A stretch of DNA of 64,000 bases from Bilabrum cf. latius. Lineage: Eukaryota. The notes under the pieces were generated by a model. The model saw only the letters and a list, made by a program, of their open reading frames with translations, ran no database searches and was not told the origin of the DNA. The position numbers were made by a program, and so were the translations under genes. Positions 59,611 to 64,000 of this stretch are shown one piece after another (position 1 is the stretch's first letter; each line of letters opens with the position of its first letter). The DNA lies in contig OZ237767.1 of NCBI GenBank assembly GCA_965178125.1, positions 124,001 to 188,000 on the forward strand, in the 5' to 3' direction.

Positions 59611-61189
59611 ATGGGTGGCATATGCGTGTCGTATCCCGAACAACACGTTGTCGCAGACAATGCACAGTGTACTGCGAAGGTGGCACCAATACAATTACCG
59701 GAGTTCGGCGGCCGAAACATGCAAGCGCCGACGCCAGGTAAGAATGCAAGTACATACCCGTAATTCGCGCTAATCCAGGCTCAGTAAGTCAACAAAGCTT
59801 ACAATGTGATCCTGTTACTTTCGTGCTGCAGATTCAGGTGATGTTCTTGCGCAAAAGGGTGAATCTGGGGGGACTTTCGTGAAATCTGTTCCATTCCCAC
59901 TTTCGCCTCATCGCGTGAGTTTTGGCAGTCTTGAAGATAGCATGGCGCAATTCCTGAAGCAAAACTCCTACTGCACTTGTGACGGCGAATCTGAAGCGCA
60001 GAAACTGCCTGGATCTGCCGACTTCATGCCGTCGGCGCAAGACGTGGGCGTTCCACCACTTGCCGGCGCCAGCGCTGCCGACGTGCCTTCAAGGCGTCGC
60101 TCATCGTGGATCAAGCTGCGGGAGGAGCAAGAGGCGTTTGCTTTCGCGCCCCTTCGCTTGCCTGAATTCGACGATCTACTTGGCCGTGTTGCCACAGATA
60201 TCACTACAGAGGATTTGGTGGCTTCGGTGCGGGCTCGCACATTCAGTCGGCAAGGCTCCCAGAGCTAGCCGGGTTCGGCTAGGTCGAAGCAAACAAGAGG
60301 AAGCCGGCTTCATTGCACAGGAGACTTGCGGACGGCAGTCCCAGCGCAGGATTCGGGGGCTGAGGGAGCAGTCAGCACGGGGCCAGGTTCCATCGGGCGG
60401 CCGCATTCTTGCCAGTGCAGAGCACAGCACCAACACGACTCTCATCCCGGAATTGTCCTTGGAAGCTCTACGAGCGAAAATTTAACCGTGCCTTTAGGCC
60501 TGGGCAAGATAAAATCGCCGGCAGGACTAGATATGAGCAGAGCTGTATTACCACCCGGCGGGGGTGCTCCAGCCTTCAAGCAGACTACCTCGGAGCCGAG
60601 CCTGGAATCGCGGTGGGGAAAACACCGAAGGACATCCGATTCCAATGATGCATGCACCAAATGCCCCGTGCCGTCGCGGTCAGAGACTTCCGGCACACCA
60701 GCAGACCCTGCAGTGGTGGACGCTCGCCTCGCACCGAACGGGAGGCCTAGCGAAGGCGACAACGATCGCCCCGCTCCTCTCCCAGAGAGGCACCCGGACA
60801 ATAGGCGTCCATCGCTAGACGGAATCCTATCGAGATCATTCGAAGCTACGAGTGCAAGGGACAAGGACAAGGGGGTCGATGGCAGCGCTTCCTATTTTTA
60901 GGCACCTTCCATGAAAAGCGCGGACGGAACACAATCCTCATTGTGCAGCCTCTCCCTGGCCACAGCGCAGCTGGATTCCAAGTATGCCAGCGATAACGTC
61001 TAGCAGTAGCAGACTAGTGCGCCCGGGTAGGCGTACCAGTCCGGCGGCAGGAGCACCAGCGGGGCCTCCGTGCTGACGCCAGCGAGCGGAAGTCTGGAAA
61101 GCATGGCCAGGGAGGTAGCCCGGCTGAGGGATCTTTACGGGGACAGCAGAGAAATTGACACGCCAGGGCATGAGATCAGAGGTGTTTAA
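59611..61189 (+). CDS. Disordered protein with MGGICVS acylation-like N-terminus and no kinase domain. Exons 59611-59737 and 59832-61189; five in-frame TAGs
   Basis: In-phase GTAAGA...TGCAG intron. The frame stays open across TAGs at 60266, 60899, 61001, 61007 and 61028 to a TAA. Confidence 0.7.
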
Positions 61190-61541
61190 CGTCCAAGTAG
61201 CCAGACTTCGCAGTGCTGCAGCAGCTGCTAGTCAAATGCGTGCGTGGTGAGATAAAAAATATTACCACAGTGCAGTATGCCGCAAAAGGTGACGAACAAC
61301 TGCTTAGAACTGTATATAACAGACACCATCCGGGTTCTCCGGACTGATCATGTTTCGAAGTTTGCGCAAGTGCACTGCATTTTGGCACCACGTGCACGCA
61401 CGCATCACACTGCCGGCGTCTTCGCCGTCATGCACGTCCGTCAGAGCACTTCAAAATTAAACGTATTGGCCGCACTTGATCTTCCACGAGTGCCACATAC
61501 GCGTTCATATCAAGACACGGACTGAAGGGACAGCGACGTTG

Positions 61542-63957
61542 ATGGGGGCTTGTGGATCGAAAAATGTGCAGCAGCCCGACTTCGATGATCCCTCGGCATG
61601 CCAACCAGTGAGGTACGGGTACGCGGTGGAGATGCCCCCTGCTAAGTCCGCTGTGACTATCAAGTCCGACTATATTGCCTTTCTGACGTCACATGCCCTC
61701 CGCCTATCAAGCAGGGAGACCAGGCACAAGCAGATGAGAATGGTAGTGGCGTCGTGACCCGCGTAGGTACTGGGCTGCCCACAGACCATGTGCCGCGCCG
61801 TCCCATACTGAAACAAGAATGTTGCCAAGACCAATCCAACAATAAGGATGAAGAGGTGGAAAGGTCCGCTGAAGTGCCCACAATCACCCGGTCTCGCACG
61901 CTGTGGGGCAATATGCGAAGGCTCTCTCTGCATGAGCTTCAATTGCCAGAGGACGACCTAATGGCATCAGATGCTACGAATACACATACGCAGACTTCAA
62001 TGGCTACTCCTTTTTCATATACTGGGAAATTTGACACAAAGCTAAGCGTTTCAGGCGCGCAGAGGGGGTTCACGTACTCGGATGCTGCAGGCGCCCTGGA
62101 CCTCATGGACAGTTAGCCTGGCACAGACACAGCTCCCTAGGATAAACCCAGTGAGACAATTTACCATCGCATCTTGAGCGCTCCCGTGAAATTTGTTTGC
62201 GGGCCTTGCAAGGTCAGGGTTAGGGTGAGCATTCCTCGATTCGTTCAAACTCGTGCTATGTTGTTCCCATCCCCTTGCCATGAAAGCCTATCATATTGTG
62301 CAGTACCTCCCCCCGTTGATGACAACCTCAATGACGACGAAGAAGAGCACGAACAAAGTGGCCACGATTCAAGTGACGCTATAGATGTAGTCAGTTCTAG
62401 TAGCGATAGCAGCAGCGTCGGGCTTCAATCAGAAGAACTACAAGAATTGAATGTGAGCGATGGATCGGCTTCTGATCAGCAGGACGGCTCAATTCCAACA
62501 ATCCACGAATCCTGGAGTGATCTAGACCGGCCTGCTTAGGTGGAGCACGGCCACCTTTCCAGGGATACCCAAGGCAATGACGCGCACGAAATGTGCGCAA
62601 CAGCGACATTGTCGGCTGATACTGGAGGCGGCTTGGCAATGCCGGCTCATATGTCTGTAGATAGGGGGCCTCGACTGGAACCAGTTCAAGAGAGCACCTT
62701 TGTTCCGGTTTCGCGGAGGCCGCCGACGTGGGCGCCCGCAACCACAAGGGTGCGCTCTCGTCCCCTGCCCCCACCACCTTCCGTCCTGCCGAGCTTCTCA
62801 CTGCTGGAGCTCAAGTCGATCACCCGACAGCTTGACATGACCATGCAGCTGGCTGATCTGGTACCCGTGAGGACCATCGGGGTGGGCACGTTCGGGCGGG
62901 TGAGGATGGTGCGGGACAGGAGGACGGGCAAGCTGTACGCTCTCAAGACGCTGCGGAAAGCCACGGTCGTTCGCTTGCGGCAGCAGCGCAACGTCTGCTA
63001 CGAGAAGGCGGTGCTTGCCGCCATCCGTCACCCGTTCCTAATCCAACTGCAGGCCGCTTTCCAAGACGAGGAGTGCATGTACCTGGTGCTGGAGCTGGTG
63101 CAAGGCATCTAGATGTCCAGAGTGATCGGGACAGATGAGTTTCATTCCGAATCCCAGGCTCGATTTCTCGGTGCCCAGATGCTCTGCGGGCTTGCGCACC
63201 TGCACCTCCGCCGGGTCCTATACCGCGGGCTCGAGGTAAGAGAGCAAGACTGAATCCTGTCTGCAATCGTGTGGAAAATGCCTATTATTACGCATCACTC
63301 CCTGCTCCCCCTGCCCATGCCTCCTGCCTCCTCTCCTGCTCGCAGCCAGCAAACGCAGTCATCGGACCCGATGGATATCTGAACATGCGAAACTTCATGC
63401 AGTCGAAGCCGCTTCCGGCAGGGGCAAAGACCTGGACCTTCTGTGGCAATCCGGATCGAATGCCGCCGGAGTGTTTGCTTGGCCTCGGGCACAACGAAGG
63501 CGCCGATTACTGGGCGCTCGGCGTGCTCATCTATGAGATGATCTCCGGAAAGAACCCGTTCGCATCGGACGACAGCGATCCCATGAAAGTCTCCCACAAC
63601 ATCATTTTCGAGGATGTGCTCGCTTCAAGAGGTCCGCTTCCCGCCCCACTTGCGGTATCCTCACCTGCTGCGCTGGACCTGGTGCGCGGACTGCTGCGAA
63701 AGTCCCAGTCAGACCGTCTCGGCTGCCACAGTGAGGGAGCAGTCGAGATCCTGTAGCACGAGTGGTTCTCGGCGATCGACTTCGGCAAGCTGCTCCGCAA
63801 GGAGATAGAGGCGCCCTGGGTGCCTAAGCTAGAGTCCGAGGACGATGGCGCACAAGTTTTCGAAGAGCAAGTCGTATACTCGGATGAAGAGGAGGGGGAC
63901 GAGGTAGAGTAGGAGATGTGTACTGGTGAATCCATGGAGTGGTGCAGACACTTTTGA
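61542..63957 (+). CDS. PKA-like pseudokinase C with MGACGS motif. Exons 61542-61607, 61715-62150, 62304-63235, 63346-63957; six in-frame TAGs
   Basis: The N-lobe is nearly identical to kinase A. The catalytic loop reads YRGLE|PAN, DFG is replaced by NFM, and the activation segment reads CGNPDRMPPE. The conserved tail MEWCRHF-TGA lies beyond the TAGs at 63754 and 63910. Confidence 0.85.
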
Positions 63958-64000
63958 GATTGCCTGCCTGAGTGCACTGCAGTTGCACATCGTTGACGTG

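Noticed and set aside
9603-63957. TAG-interrupted genes as pseudogenes
   Set aside because: Interruptions are exclusively TAG with no frameshifts, motifs are intact on both sides, and essential genes such as DDX23 are affected.
9603-63957. TAG as pyrrolysine, or A-to-I editing of UAG to Trp
   Set aside because: Pyrrolysine is known only from prokaryotes and at few sites. The aligned positions correspond to Q/E/R/Y-type residues and Gln-rich tracts, not conserved Trp. Editing is only fully excluded by RNA data.

Overview
GC-rich eukaryotic nuclear DNA with spliceosomal GT-AG introns, from a probably flagellated protist (AHI1/Jouberin and an RHL1-like topoisomerase VI subunit are present; a stramenopile-like affinity is only my inference). 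The main signal is a non-standard genetic code. The supplied standard-code ORF track is fragmented because in-frame TAG codons are read as sense. If TAG is read through, the fragments join in frame into 17 coherent genes containing about 87 internal TAGs (manual count). All 17 end in TGA (13) or TAA (4) and none in TAG. Conserved-position and poly-Gln evidence points to TAG=Gln with TAA and TGA still stops. Genes: a mucin-stalk/beta-propeller surface protein, a TMEM260-like protein, GNPDA, DDX23/PRP28, an RHL1-like protein, a helical-repeat protein, two convergent multi-TM paralogs, an SLC35A transporter, a 2152-aa NYN/Regnase-like protein, a second mucin-stalk protein inside a rearranged block bounded by direct and inverted repeats, a PINK1/PEAK1-like pseudokinase, AHI1, and four MG..C..S-acylated proteins (two PKA-like kinases, one pseudokinase, one kinase-less). 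The first ~5.8 kb is satellite and degenerate sequence. Family assignments come from motif recognition by eye, not from database searches.
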